A DNA stretch of 22,516 bases, taken from Candidatus Hadarchaeum sp. (lineage in GTDB: Archaea > Hadarchaeota > Hadarchaeia > Hadarchaeales > Hadarchaeaceae). Below are positions 1 to 7,930 of this stretch, one piece after another; within the stretch, counting starts at the first letter, position 1, and each line of letters begins with the position of its first letter. The notes beneath the pieces were generated by a model. That model saw nothing but the letters and a program-made list of their open reading frames with translations, was not told the DNA's origin and ran no database searches. The stretch covers positions 1 to 22,516 of the forward strand of contig NZ_JBMFOX010000020.1 of NCBI RefSeq assembly GCF_049969415.1. Direction: 5' to 3'. A program made the translations under genes and the position numbers.

Positions 1-231
1 CCCCACCTTTTGGCCAATATGATTCCTGAGGGAGCCTCGCTGGAGATCACGGTACCCTACTTGGTCGGTTCGGCAAGCGCCACGATTCAGATCGGGTCGC
101 AGGCATCGATAGTCGCTCCAATTAATCTCTCATTAACGCCCGCCTTCTGGGTGGCCATCGTTACCACGATACTGGGCATTGCGGCTAGGGTTAGCCAGCG
201 CCGGTACAAGAAGCATGAGGAACAGAGCTAA
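1..231 (+). CDS. 3' end of a hypothetical membrane-anchored protein (5'-truncated by window edge)
   Basis: Frame 1 is open from base 1 to TAA at 229-231. It ends in a hydrophobic helix (AFWVAIVTTILGIAA) followed by a basic tail (RVSQRRYKK), typical of a C-terminal membrane anchor. Confidence 0.6.
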   Translation, partial: PHLLANMIPEGASLEITVPYLVGSASATIQIGSQASIVAPINLSLTPAFWVAIVTTILGIAARVSQRRYKKHEEQS

Positions 232-370
232 GCAGAATATAAAGAGTTGATTTGGAATCAGTTGAGTTCAAACTATTTCTTAATTTGCATATTAATTCCG
301 GCCGAAATTTTTCAGCGCAATTGGGTTCAGTTCAATGCAAATGTGTTTAAACTCTTGACTCAATGAAATT

Positions 371-390
371 CACAAGTTATTTAAATAAAA
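371..390 (+). promoter_or_regulatory. Putative archaeal TATA-box promoter for the ABC permease genes
   Basis: TTTAAATA at 380-387 lies inside the perfect palindrome TTATTTAAATAA (377-388) in an AT-rich intergenic region. Confidence 0.45.
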
Positions 391-402
391 TGTAGTAAGA
401 AA

Positions 403-1581
403 ATGTGTATGACTAAAAATTCTCAGGGAACGTGGAAATCTTGTTATCCCATCCGGACTGGTGATGCTTCAGCACAAAATTCATCTTGTCTTTCTAAAGG
501 CCTCGATTCATTAAGGCAAGATGCAAGAGGTTCCGGACCGATTGCTAGGGGAAGGTTTCTGATATTTGATTCAAGTAAATCGAGAATTGTCTTTCCTATT
601 CTTTCTATAGTGGGCGCTTTGCTTCTGGGTGCAGTTTTCATTTCTTTATCGGGCCATGATCCCGTTGCGGCCTACGCGGCGCTCTTTATGGAGGCCTTCG
701 GGAGCGTGAACGGTATAACCGACACGTTGGTCAAAGCGGCCCCTCTCTTGTTGGCCGGCGTGGGTCTGGTGGTGGCCTACAAAGCCTCCATCTGGACCAT
801 AGGTGCCGAGGGACAGATTTTGATAGGCGCGCTCGCGGCAGTCTGGTTGGGCCTAAACGTGAAGGGAGTTCCGGGATCCCTGTTGATTCCGGTTATTATG
901 GTGGCCAGTTTTCTGGCGGGAGCGGGACTAGCGATGATTGCCGGAGTTCTCAAGGCCAAGATAGGAGTTAACGAGATCATCACCACGCTTATGTTGAATA
1001 ACATCGCCTCATACTTCATCCTTTACTTGGTCAGCGGCCCGATGAAAACGCCTGAAGTCGGTTACAATCAGACCAGAATAATTACCTCTGAGGCCTTTTT
1101 ACCCATCATCATTCAGGACACCCGGCTGCATGCGGGTGTTTTGTTGGCAATTTGCGCCGCTATCTTTGTTTACGTTCTGGTGGAAAAGACTTCACTGGGC
1201 TATAAGATCAAAGCGGTCGGTCACAGCCCTAAGGCAGCCAAGTATGCGGGGATTAGCATGTCTCGGAATATCCTGATTGTGATGTTCGTGAGTGGAGGTC
1301 TCGCTGGCTTAGCGGGAATGGGTGAGGTGTTGGGGGTACACCACCTACTGATGCTTGACATCTCACCAGGTTATGGTTACACGGCCATTCTGGTGGCCCT
1401 TCTGGCTAGGCTGAACCCCATCGCGACCATCGCTTCTGCCTTTCTCTTTGCCGGGCTACTGAACGGCTCAGTTGCCATGCAGAGAGGAGCCGGCGTGCCG
1501 TCCTCTCTGGTCCTGATCATACAGGCACTGGTCGTCATATTTGTGCTAGCAAGTGAATATGCGACTAGGGAAAAAAGGTGA
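403..1581 (+). CDS. ABC transporter permease, nucleoside/simple-sugar (BPD_transp_2, NupB/YufP-like); true start probably near 559-562
   Basis: Multiple TM helices and family motifs 'WTIGAEGQ', 'GVNEIITTLMLN', 'LGYKIKAVG..P.AAKYAG', 'SGGLAGLAG', 'GYGYTAILVALLA'. The first ~50 codons are low-GC and do not resemble the family. Confidence 0.9.
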   Translation: MCMTKNSQGTWKSCYPIRTGDASAQNSSCLSKGLDSLRQDARGSGPIARGRFLIFDSSKSRIVFPILSIVGALLLGAVFISLSGHDPVAAYAALFMEAFGSVNGITDTLVKAAPLLLAGVGLVVAYKASIWTIGAEGQILIGALAAVWLGLNVKGVPGSLLIPVIMVASFLAGAGLAMIAGVLKAKIGVNEIITTLMLNNIASYFILYLVSGPMKTPEVGYNQTRIITSEAFLPIIIQDTRLHAGVLLAICAAIFVYVLVEKTSLGYKIKAVGHSPKAAKYAGISMSRNILIVMFVSGGLAGLAGMGEVLGVHHLLMLDISPGYGYTAILVALLARLNPIATIASAFLFAGLLNGSVAMQRGAGVPSSLVLIIQALVVIFVLASEYATREKR

Positions 1582-1590
1582 GGGATTGGG

Positions 1591-2526
1591 ATGGTCACCG
1601 AAGCGGAAATCATCACCGGGCTTTTGTCGAGTACGGTGAAGCTGGCGGTCCCGCTACTGTTGGCGGCTATCGGGGAAATTTTCTCGGAGCGTTCCGGTGT
1701 CCTTAACCTGGGGATGGAGGGGATGATGTTGGGCGGGGCCTCGGCCGCCTTTATCGGGTCCTATTACTTCAACCTGTGGATTGGCCTTTTGTTGGGGATG
1801 CTGGTCGGAGGAATCATCGGGATCATTATGGCCTTTATGAGCGTAGTCCTGAGGCGGAACCAAATCGTGGTCGGTGTCGTATTGACAATCTTCGGATCCG
1901 GTTTGAGTTCTTTCCTGTTCCGAATGTCTTTTATTACTGCAACAGCTTACCCCACGATAACCGGATTTCAAAGCGTGGATATCCCTATTCTTAGTCAGAT
2001 ACCTTGGCTAGGTCCAATACTATTCCAGAACAACGTCTTGGTTTACTTGGCTCTGCTGACGGTGCCGGTGGCCGGAATTTTCCTTTACAAGACTACCCAT
2101 GGTCTAAAGATAAGGGCGGTTGGTGAAAACCCAAGGGCGGCCGATTCACTGGGCGTAAATGTGATCCGTGTTCGCTTCATTTGTGTGGTTTTTGCCGGAT
2201 TGATGGGAGGACTTGCTGGAGCTTATCTTTCCATCGGGCATATGAACATCTTTCGAGAGGGTATGACGGCGGGCCGGGGCTACATTGTCCTTGCTCTGGT
2301 CATATTTGGAACTTGGTCCCCCTACAGGGCTTTGGCAGGCTCGTTGCTCTTCGGTGGAATAGATGCTCTGGGCTCTCGTTTTCAGATTTTCAAATTTGGT
2401 ATCCCCTATCAGTTCGTGTTGATGTTACCTTACGTGCTCACCATTGTTGTCCTCATTCTGGTGTCGCTGAGAAAAGGTTTGGTCCGGGGAGCACCAGCAG
2501 CCCTGGGAACCCCCTACGAACGCTGA
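1591..2526 (+). CDS. ABC transporter permease, nucleoside/simple-sugar (NupC/YufQ-like)
   Basis: Motifs 'PLLLAAIGE.FSERSGVLNLGMEGMML', 'GLKIRAVGENPRAADSLGVNV', 'MTAGRGYIVLALVIFG.W.P', and C-terminal 'PAALGTPY.R'. Confidence 0.92.
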   Translation: MVTEAEIITGLLSSTVKLAVPLLLAAIGEIFSERSGVLNLGMEGMMLGGASAAFIGSYYFNLWIGLLLGMLVGGIIGIIMAFMSVVLRRNQIVVGVVLTIFGSGLSSFLFRMSFITATAYPTITGFQSVDIPILSQIPWLGPILFQNNVLVYLALLTVPVAGIFLYKTTHGLKIRAVGENPRAADSLGVNVIRVRFICVVFAGLMGGLAGAYLSIGHMNIFREGMTAGRGYIVLALVIFGTWSPYRALAGSLLFGGIDALGSRFQIFKFGIPYQFVLMLPYVLTIVVLILVSLRKGLVRGAPAALGTPYER

Positions 2527-2798
2527 GAGGTCCTTTGGCCGGCATCAAGTTTTTTCTCGTATCTTACCATTCCATAGACCTCGATTTTGACAATACGATG
2601 GTAGGGGATGTAGACCTCTCCTTCAGGAGAATTCACTTTCATGAATCCGGGCCCCAGCTCCACTATCTCGCTCCCCTTGATCTCGCGTTTGTTTTCCGGA
2701 GCGCCACGGTGGATGATGGTAATCTTCGCATCACCGAGTTTTTCCCTGCCGCCCCACCTGATCTTATTTAGAACTTCCCGGGCCCCTAATGGAACCAC
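2514..2798 (-). CDS. DUF504 / MJ1316-type small protein (predicted RNA-end recognition domain)
   Basis: 94 aa with 'REVLNKIRW', 'HRGAP' and the diagnostic 'IPYHRI' motif. GGTG site upstream of the GTG start. Confidence 0.8.
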   Translation of the reverse strand: MVPLGAREVLNKIRWGGREKLGDAKITIIHRGAPENKREIKGSEIVELGPGFMKVNSPEGEVYIPYHRIVKIEVYGMVRYEKKLDAGQRTSQRS

Positions 2799-2814
2799 CC
2801 AAACACCGCTGGCT

Positions 2815-3459
2815 TCAAATTAGCTCAAGGGCAGAAAGTATCAGCTCGTGGGCGTTGTCCTCTGCTGAGGGTCCGTGTCCGGGGTAAAGGCTTTTTGGCT
2901 TGATCTCGGCGAGCCTTTTCAGCGATTTGGCTAGCGCGCGGTAGTCTCCGGTGGGGAGGTCGGTTCTTCCCACGCCTTCGTAGAAAACGGTGTCGCCGGA
3001 AAAAAGCGCGCCGAGCCGAGATTCGTACAGACAGATGCTGCCCTGGGTGTGGCCGGGAGTGTGGATGACCTCGAGCACGGATTTTCCCAGCTCGATGCGG
3101 TCGCCATCGTGGAGTTCTCTGGCCACCTCCACGGGTTCAGGATAAGCCCCGAAAAAGTGGGCCATCGTGACGCGCCGGTCCCCGTTTCGAAGCAGCGCGG
3201 CCTCGGATTCATGGATGGCTATCTTGCATCCGGCCTTTAGGAAGTTCCAGTCGCCGCCGGTGTGGTCAAAGTGGCAGTGGGTATTGATGAGGAGGTTGAT
3301 ATCTCTCGGCTTCAATCCAAATTTCTCCAGGTTCTGAAGGACCGTTTTAGAGTTTTGCCCTGTTCCAGCATCGATGAGCGTGATGACGTCGTCGATGATC
3401 AAATAAATGTTGGAATCGAATCCCAAACCACCGATTTGATGCAGCTTCATGGAAATCAT
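2815..3459 (-). CDS. MBL-fold metallo-hydrolase (glyoxalase II-like); start may be ATG 3450
   Basis: THCHFDH metal motif, 'HTPGHTQGS', 'LFSGDTVF', 'GRTDLP.GD', 'YPGHG'. Confidence 0.9.
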   Translation of the reverse strand: MISMKLHQIGGLGFDSNIYLIIDDVITLIDAGTGQNSKTVLQNLEKFGLKPRDINLLINTHCHFDHTGGDWNFLKAGCKIAIHESEAALLRNGDRRVTMAHFFGAYPEPVEVARELHDGDRIELGKSVLEVIHTPGHTQGSICLYESRLGALFSGDTVFYEGVGRTDLPTGDYRALAKSLKRLAEIKPKSLYPGHGPSAEDNAHELILSALELI

Positions 3460-3553
3460 CCTAAACCGTCATCACCAGTAAAAATAGCTTTTACGAAATA
3501 AAAATCACGTTGGCTTACTTTGGTTTTTGAGGAAAAAGTTGGTTGTATAAGTT

Positions 3554-3578
3554 AAAAAAACGCCGCTTTATTTTGCGG
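3554..3578 (-). terminator. Putative terminator (short stem plus U7)
   Basis: Minus strand reads CCGC-AAAATAAA-GCGG-CG-TTTTTTT, downstream of the radical SAM gene and the candidate small ORF. Confidence 0.45.
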
Positions 3579-3700
3579 TCCACCGAACTCGCCCATTCTT
3601 CAACACCTCTGAAATTTGGTAGACATGATGCATGTGATTCATTCACCGGTAATTTAAGACCTAGCCAAAAGTAAAAGTTTGAAAACGGAAGATTCTGAGT

Positions 3701-4804
3701 TTAGGTTATTACATTTTTCAGGCCCACTTTTGCAGCGATTTTTAATGCTTCGGAGAATTCCTCCGGCCTTAGCCCCCTGTTTATTTCCTCAAACTGATCG
3801 GCGCGATAGCAGGCCCGATACTGATCCATGATGTTGACCCTGACCATGGGACCGAGATTTTCGGCAATCCATTTCAAGATTGGCCGGGTGCAGCACTCGA
3901 CGTGATTTGGCAGCACGAGGTGGCGGATTATGAGTTCAGCGTCTTCGAAGGCCAACCGGTGATTGCGCGCCACGATTTCGAAATACCGAGGAACTTTGGA
4001 GTAACGCTGCGCGCAGTTGTCGTTGCCGTACTTGAAATCGGCCAAGTAAATCTCTTGGGTGCCGGAGAGCAGCGCCATCGATTCTGGGGATAGATACATG
4101 TTTGAATTCCACACGCTGGGAATGTTGGCTTCGCAGAGCTTCAACGCCTCCAAGATGGTGTGCAGGTTCGGGGTTGGCTCGCCGCCCACAAAGTTGACAT
4201 TTCTGGCTCCTTCCTTGGCGGCATTTTCAATCAGCCGGGCTAGGGCACGGGGCGAGACCGGGGCGCCTTCATCTGGGTACTGCGAGATGTCCCAGTTCTG
4301 GCAGTACTGGCACTTGAAGGTACAGCCGCTGAAGAAGATGGTGTAGCTAGGTACCAGCTCCGGCTCCTCACCGTGATGCATAAATTCCGAGGCGATCCGA
4401 GACACCGCACCCACGCCACAGGCACCCTTCTTTCCCGCAGTTCGGTCAACCTCGCATCTTCTCTCGCAGAAGTGGCAGGATTTCAGAACCCTTTGGGCCA
4501 GCTCGATTTTCAGATCCAGAAGCGAGGTCTCCGGAGTTTCCAGTTCATCTAGGCCCAGCCGATTTTCGTCCAGCTGGGAAAGAACGCTGCGCAGTTCTTT
4601 CAAACTCTTTTCATGAGCATTCCAGAGCTCTTCGGTTCCTGAGGAAAGGGCCACGCCGGCGTCTATCCGTTTGCATACCAGAAACTTGGCCGGGAGCCTC
4701 TTCTCCATCACCGCGAAATAGCGGCGCAGCGCAGACCTCGCCTTCGGGTCTTGGAGCACTTCAACGGCATCTGGGCGGAGAACACGCCACAAAGAAGCCA
4801 CCAA
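3701..4804 (-). CDS. Radical SAM protein, PflX-like (pyruvate formate-lyase activating enzyme-related)
   Basis: CxxxCxxC motif (CTFKCQYCQNWDISQ), extra N-terminal Cys cluster (CHFCERRC..G.C), 'HHGEEPELVPS.TIFF', 'NVNFVGGEPTP', 'DFKYG', 'IIRHLVLPNH'. Confidence 0.88.
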   Translation of the reverse strand: MVASLWRVLRPDAVEVLQDPKARSALRRYFAVMEKRLPAKFLVCKRIDAGVALSSGTEELWNAHEKSLKELRSVLSQLDENRLGLDELETPETSLLDLKIELAQRVLKSCHFCERRCEVDRTAGKKGACGVGAVSRIASEFMHHGEEPELVPSYTIFFSGCTFKCQYCQNWDISQYPDEGAPVSPRALARLIENAAKEGARNVNFVGGEPTPNLHTILEALKLCEANIPSVWNSNMYLSPESMALLSGTQEIYLADFKYGNDNCAQRYSKVPRYFEIVARNHRLAFEDAELIIRHLVLPNHVECCTRPILKWIAENLGPMVRVNIMDQYRACYRADQFEEINRGLRPEEFSEALKIAAKVGLKNVIT

Positions 4805-4851
4805 TTAGCATTAAATAAGCTGCGGTGTTAAAGAATTTCGCAGAGGATGAT
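4805..4851. promoter_or_regulatory. Compact divergent promoter region (radical SAM gene / prs operon)
   Basis: Only 47 bp separate the divergent starts. TTAAATAA at 4811-4818 and TTAAAG at 4828-4833 are TATA-like, and GAGGATGA precedes ATG 4852. Confidence 0.5.
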
Positions 4852-5718
4852 ATGATCGTCATATCCGGTTCCGCCTCGCCAAAGCTCTCGGCCAAGGTGG
4901 CGAGCCTGCTCGGTGCCGAGCTGATCAGCGCCGAGGTCAAACGTTTTCCCGACGGAGAACTTTACGTCAGAGTCGATGCCGAGTTGAAGAGAAAACCGGT
5001 GGCGGTCATCCAATCGACCTGTCCGCCTCAGAACGACAACTTGGTTGAGCTCCTCCTCCTGCTGGACGCTGCGAAGGATCTCGGGGCAGAGAAGGTCATC
5101 GCCGTGGTGCCCTACTTGGCTTACTCCCGCCAGGATAAGCGGTTCAAGCCCGGGGAGGCCACAAGCCTGCGCACCGTGAGCAAGTTGATCAGTCAGTCGG
5201 GAGCAGAGGAGTTGATCACGGTTGATATTCACCAGGAGGAGACCCTCGGCAATTTCTCCATTCCGGCATTTAACCAGACCGCGATGCCACTGATCGGACG
5301 CTATCTCAAGGGTCTGAACCTCAAAGATCCGCTCATCATCGGCGCCGACCAAGGATCGATAAAGCGGGCCACCAAGGTCGCGCTGGAGCTGGGGGCCGAG
5401 CACTATTTCTTGGAGAAACGGAGGATTTCGCCCGAGAACGTGGTGGTTTACCCCAAGAATCTGGAGGTTCAGGGTCGCGACGTCGTGATGGTCGACGATA
5501 TCGTCAGCACCGGCGGCACCATCATCGGCGCGGCCAAAATACTGCAGGAGCAGGGCGCGCGGGAGGTTTACGTTGCCTGCGCCCATCCTGTTTTAGCCGG
5601 AAATGCCGCGCAGAGGCTGAAGGACGCGGGTATTAAACAGATTATCGCCACGGACACGATAGAAAAGGACGTGAGCGTGGTTTCGGTCGCGCCGTTGATC
5701 GCAGAACTCTTGAAGTAG
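4852..5718 (+). CDS. prs: Ribose-phosphate pyrophosphokinase (PRPP synthetase)
   Basis: 'RFPDGELYVRV', 'VPYLAYSRQDKRF..GE', 'TVDIH', PRPP-binding 'VDDIVSTGGT'. ATG 4852 follows an SD-like GAGGATGA. Confidence 0.95.
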   Translation: MIVISGSASPKLSAKVASLLGAELISAEVKRFPDGELYVRVDAELKRKPVAVIQSTCPPQNDNLVELLLLLDAAKDLGAEKVIAVVPYLAYSRQDKRFKPGEATSLRTVSKLISQSGAEELITVDIHQEETLGNFSIPAFNQTAMPLIGRYLKGLNLKDPLIIGADQGSIKRATKVALELGAEHYFLEKRRISPENVVVYPKNLEVQGRDVVMVDDIVSTGGTIIGAAKILQEQGAREVYVACAHPVLAGNAAQRLKDAGIKQIIATDTIEKDVSVVSVAPLIAELLK

Positions 5719-5727
5719 GTTTTTGGG

Positions 5728-6759
5728 ATGTCAAGGCTGATGTTTGTCCTCTCCGGTGAGCATAAAACGCTGCCGGCGGCGGAGGTGGAGGCGGCTATCA
5801 AGGCCGAGCGCAAGTCGTTCAAGTTGGTGGAGCAGCTCGACCAGCTCTTGGTGCTGGAGACTAAGGCCAATCCTGAGATCTTGGCTTTACGCTTGGCGAT
5901 GTGCCGCGAGATCTGTTATCACCTCTGCACCTCCGGAGCCACCGAGGAGGAAATTTTGGAGGCGGTCGGCAGCTCGGACATCGTTGACCTAATCCCCCAC
6001 GGAAAGACTTTCGCGGTCAGGATTGAGCGGGTGAAGCGGAGTTCTCCCTCGATTGACACGATCGAGCTGTCAAAAAAGGTTGCGGGAATGATTGCGGAGG
6101 CGGTCGACTTCAAGGTGGATCTGGCCAACCCCCAGCTGGAGCTGCTCGGCATTTTGACGGGAGATCACTGTGCCTTTGGAATCACAGCCGCGGTAGTTGA
6201 CCGGAAACAGTTCACTAGGAGAAGGCCAACCGCTAGGCCTGCTTTCCATCCCGGCACCCTGAAACCGGTGCTGGCTAGATGCATGGTGAACCTAGCCCGG
6301 ACACCACGCGGGGGGACCTTTTTGGACCCCTTCTGCGGTGTCGGCGGCATATTGCTCGAGGCGGGAATCATCGGGGCCAAGCTTGTGGGCGTCGATATCG
6401 ATGAGGGGATGATCAACGGCGCCAGAACTAACCTCGAGTCCATGGGTATCCAAGATTTCCAGCTGTTGGTCGGCGATGCCCGCAGGTTGTCCGCCCTAGA
6501 GGTGGACGCCGTAGCTACCGACCCCCCCTACGGCCGCCAGTCCAGCACGGCGGGGACCAAGCTCGAGGAACTTTACCGCGAGGCGCTGCCTTCGATTGCC
6601 GGGGTGCTGAAGCGGCGGGGATATCTGTGCATAACTTCGCCGGCGGAGCTGGAGCTGGAGGAGCTGGCCGTTGGCGCCGGGCTGGTGAAGGTTGAGCAGC
6701 ACGAGCAAAGGGTGCACCGCAGCCTGACGCGACAGATTTACGTTTTCCGGAAAAAATGA
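5728..6759 (+). CDS. trmG10: tRNA (guanine(10)-N2)-dimethyltransferase, THUMP + Rossmann MTase (Trm11/TrmG10)
   Basis: N-terminal 'LSGEH.TLP.AE', THUMP-like 'FAVRI', 'VDL.NP', 'RP.FHPG...P.LARCMVNL', SAM motif 'LDPFCGVGG', catalytic 'TDPPYGR', 'VHRSLTR.I'. Confidence 0.9.
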   Translation: MSRLMFVLSGEHKTLPAAEVEAAIKAERKSFKLVEQLDQLLVLETKANPEILALRLAMCREICYHLCTSGATEEEILEAVGSSDIVDLIPHGKTFAVRIERVKRSSPSIDTIELSKKVAGMIAEAVDFKVDLANPQLELLGILTGDHCAFGITAAVVDRKQFTRRRPTARPAFHPGTLKPVLARCMVNLARTPRGGTFLDPFCGVGGILLEAGIIGAKLVGVDIDEGMINGARTNLESMGIQDFQLLVGDARRLSALEVDAVATDPPYGRQSSTAGTKLEELYREALPSIAGVLKRRGYLCITSPAELELEELAVGAGLVKVEQHEQRVHRSLTRQIYVFRKK

Positions 6760-6804
6760 CCGCAGCTATTTAGCCTTGTGAGGAGTTCTAATTTTTGTGA
6801 CTCC

Positions 6805-7722
6805 ATGAAGCTGATCTTTCTGGGGACCAGCGGGAGCATTCCGACCTCACGGCGCAACATCCCGTCGGTAGCGCTGAAACTGAACGGAGAGATTTTGCTC
6901 TTCGATGTCGCTGAGGGGACGCAGCGGCAGATGGCCCGCGCCCACCTCAGCCCCATGAAGGTCTCCTCCGTATTCATTACCCACCTCCATGGGGACCACT
7001 TTCTCGGGCTGGCGGGTCTGATTCAGACGATGGCGCTACTCTTCCGCAGCGACCCGCTTGAGGTCTACTGCCCGGCGGGGGAGCGGGAGCGGCTGGAGGC
7101 CTACCTGAGAATCCCGCACTACACCCTCACCTTTGAGGTCATCATCCGGGAGCTCAAGCCTGGCGACGAGGTCCGCCGCAGGGGCTACCGGATACTGACC
7201 TCAGGGGTCGACCATCCCGTGCCTTCCTTGGCCTATGCGCTTGTCGAGGACGACCGCCCCGGCCACCTCGATGTTAAGAAAGCGGAGGCATTGGGGCTGA
7301 AACCCGGCCCGATTTTCGCTCGCCTGAAGTCCGGGCAGAGCGTTAGGCTGGAGAGTGGGACCATTGTCAGGCCAGAGCAGGTGATGGGTCCGGCCAGACC
7401 TGGAAGGAAAATAGTATATACAGGAGATACCAGGCCGAGCGAGGGCATGGTGGATTTTGCCCGGGGAGCCGATGTTTTAATTCATGATTGTACGCTGGGT
7501 GATGAACTGGCGGAGAAGGCTGAGGAGAATTTCCACTCGACCCCGAGCCAGGCGGCCGAAATTGCTCGGCGCGCGGAGGTCAAACAGCTGGTTTTGATCC
7601 ACATCAGCCCGAGGTATGACGACAGCTCCGCTTTGCTGGAGCAGGCGAGAAGAATCTTTCCGAACACATTGCTGCCAGACGATTTGACGGTTCTCGAAAT
7701 TCCGTTTCAAAATGACATTTAG
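6805..7722 (+). CDS. rnz: Ribonuclease Z (tRNA 3' endonuclease)
   Basis: 'FLGTSGSIPT..RN', 'FDVAEGTQRQ', HxHxDH (THLHGDH), GP-rich exosite arm, 'YTGDTRP', 'HST', 'HISPRY'. Confidence 0.95.
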   Translation: MKLIFLGTSGSIPTSRRNIPSVALKLNGEILLFDVAEGTQRQMARAHLSPMKVSSVFITHLHGDHFLGLAGLIQTMALLFRSDPLEVYCPAGERERLEAYLRIPHYTLTFEVIIRELKPGDEVRRRGYRILTSGVDHPVPSLAYALVEDDRPGHLDVKKAEALGLKPGPIFARLKSGQSVRLESGTIVRPEQVMGPARPGRKIVYTGDTRPSEGMVDFARGADVLIHDCTLGDELAEKAEENFHSTPSQAAEIARRAEVKQLVLIHISPRYDDSSALLEQARRIFPNTLLPDDLTVLEIPFQNDI

Positions 7723-7726
7723 TTGG

Positions 7727-7732
7727 TTTTTT
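7727..7732 (+). terminator. Oligo-T tract after rnz (possible archaeal terminator)
   Basis: T6 run starting 5 nt after the rnz stop codon. Confidence 0.3.
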
Positions 7733-7930
7733 GATGACGATTTCTTGCCATAGGCAGTCTTATATGCTGGTAGCACGAAAGGTTAATCAAACCATAGGGC
7801 AAACCACGGCAAAAAGCGACTTGGAGGCTCTTTTTTCGAGAGGTTACCTGGGTTTCAAGTTACCGCGGGAGGAAAGTAAATTAGGGCAAGACGGGAGAGG
7901 AAGAAGGGTGCCGAAGACCCCAGTTTACGC

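Noticed and set aside
3440-3475. Perfect C box GTGATGA plus ATGA overlapping the MBL hydrolase start (minus strand), suggesting a C/D sRNA or K-loop
   Set aside because: There is no second guide, terminal CUGA or closing stem. GGTGA/ATGA are explained by SD and start codons.
6778-6814. GTGAGGA-N12-GTGA...ATGAAG-CTGA, a C/D-like pattern before rnz
   Set aside because: There is no room for a D guide and no terminal stem, and the pattern overlaps the rnz SD and start codon.
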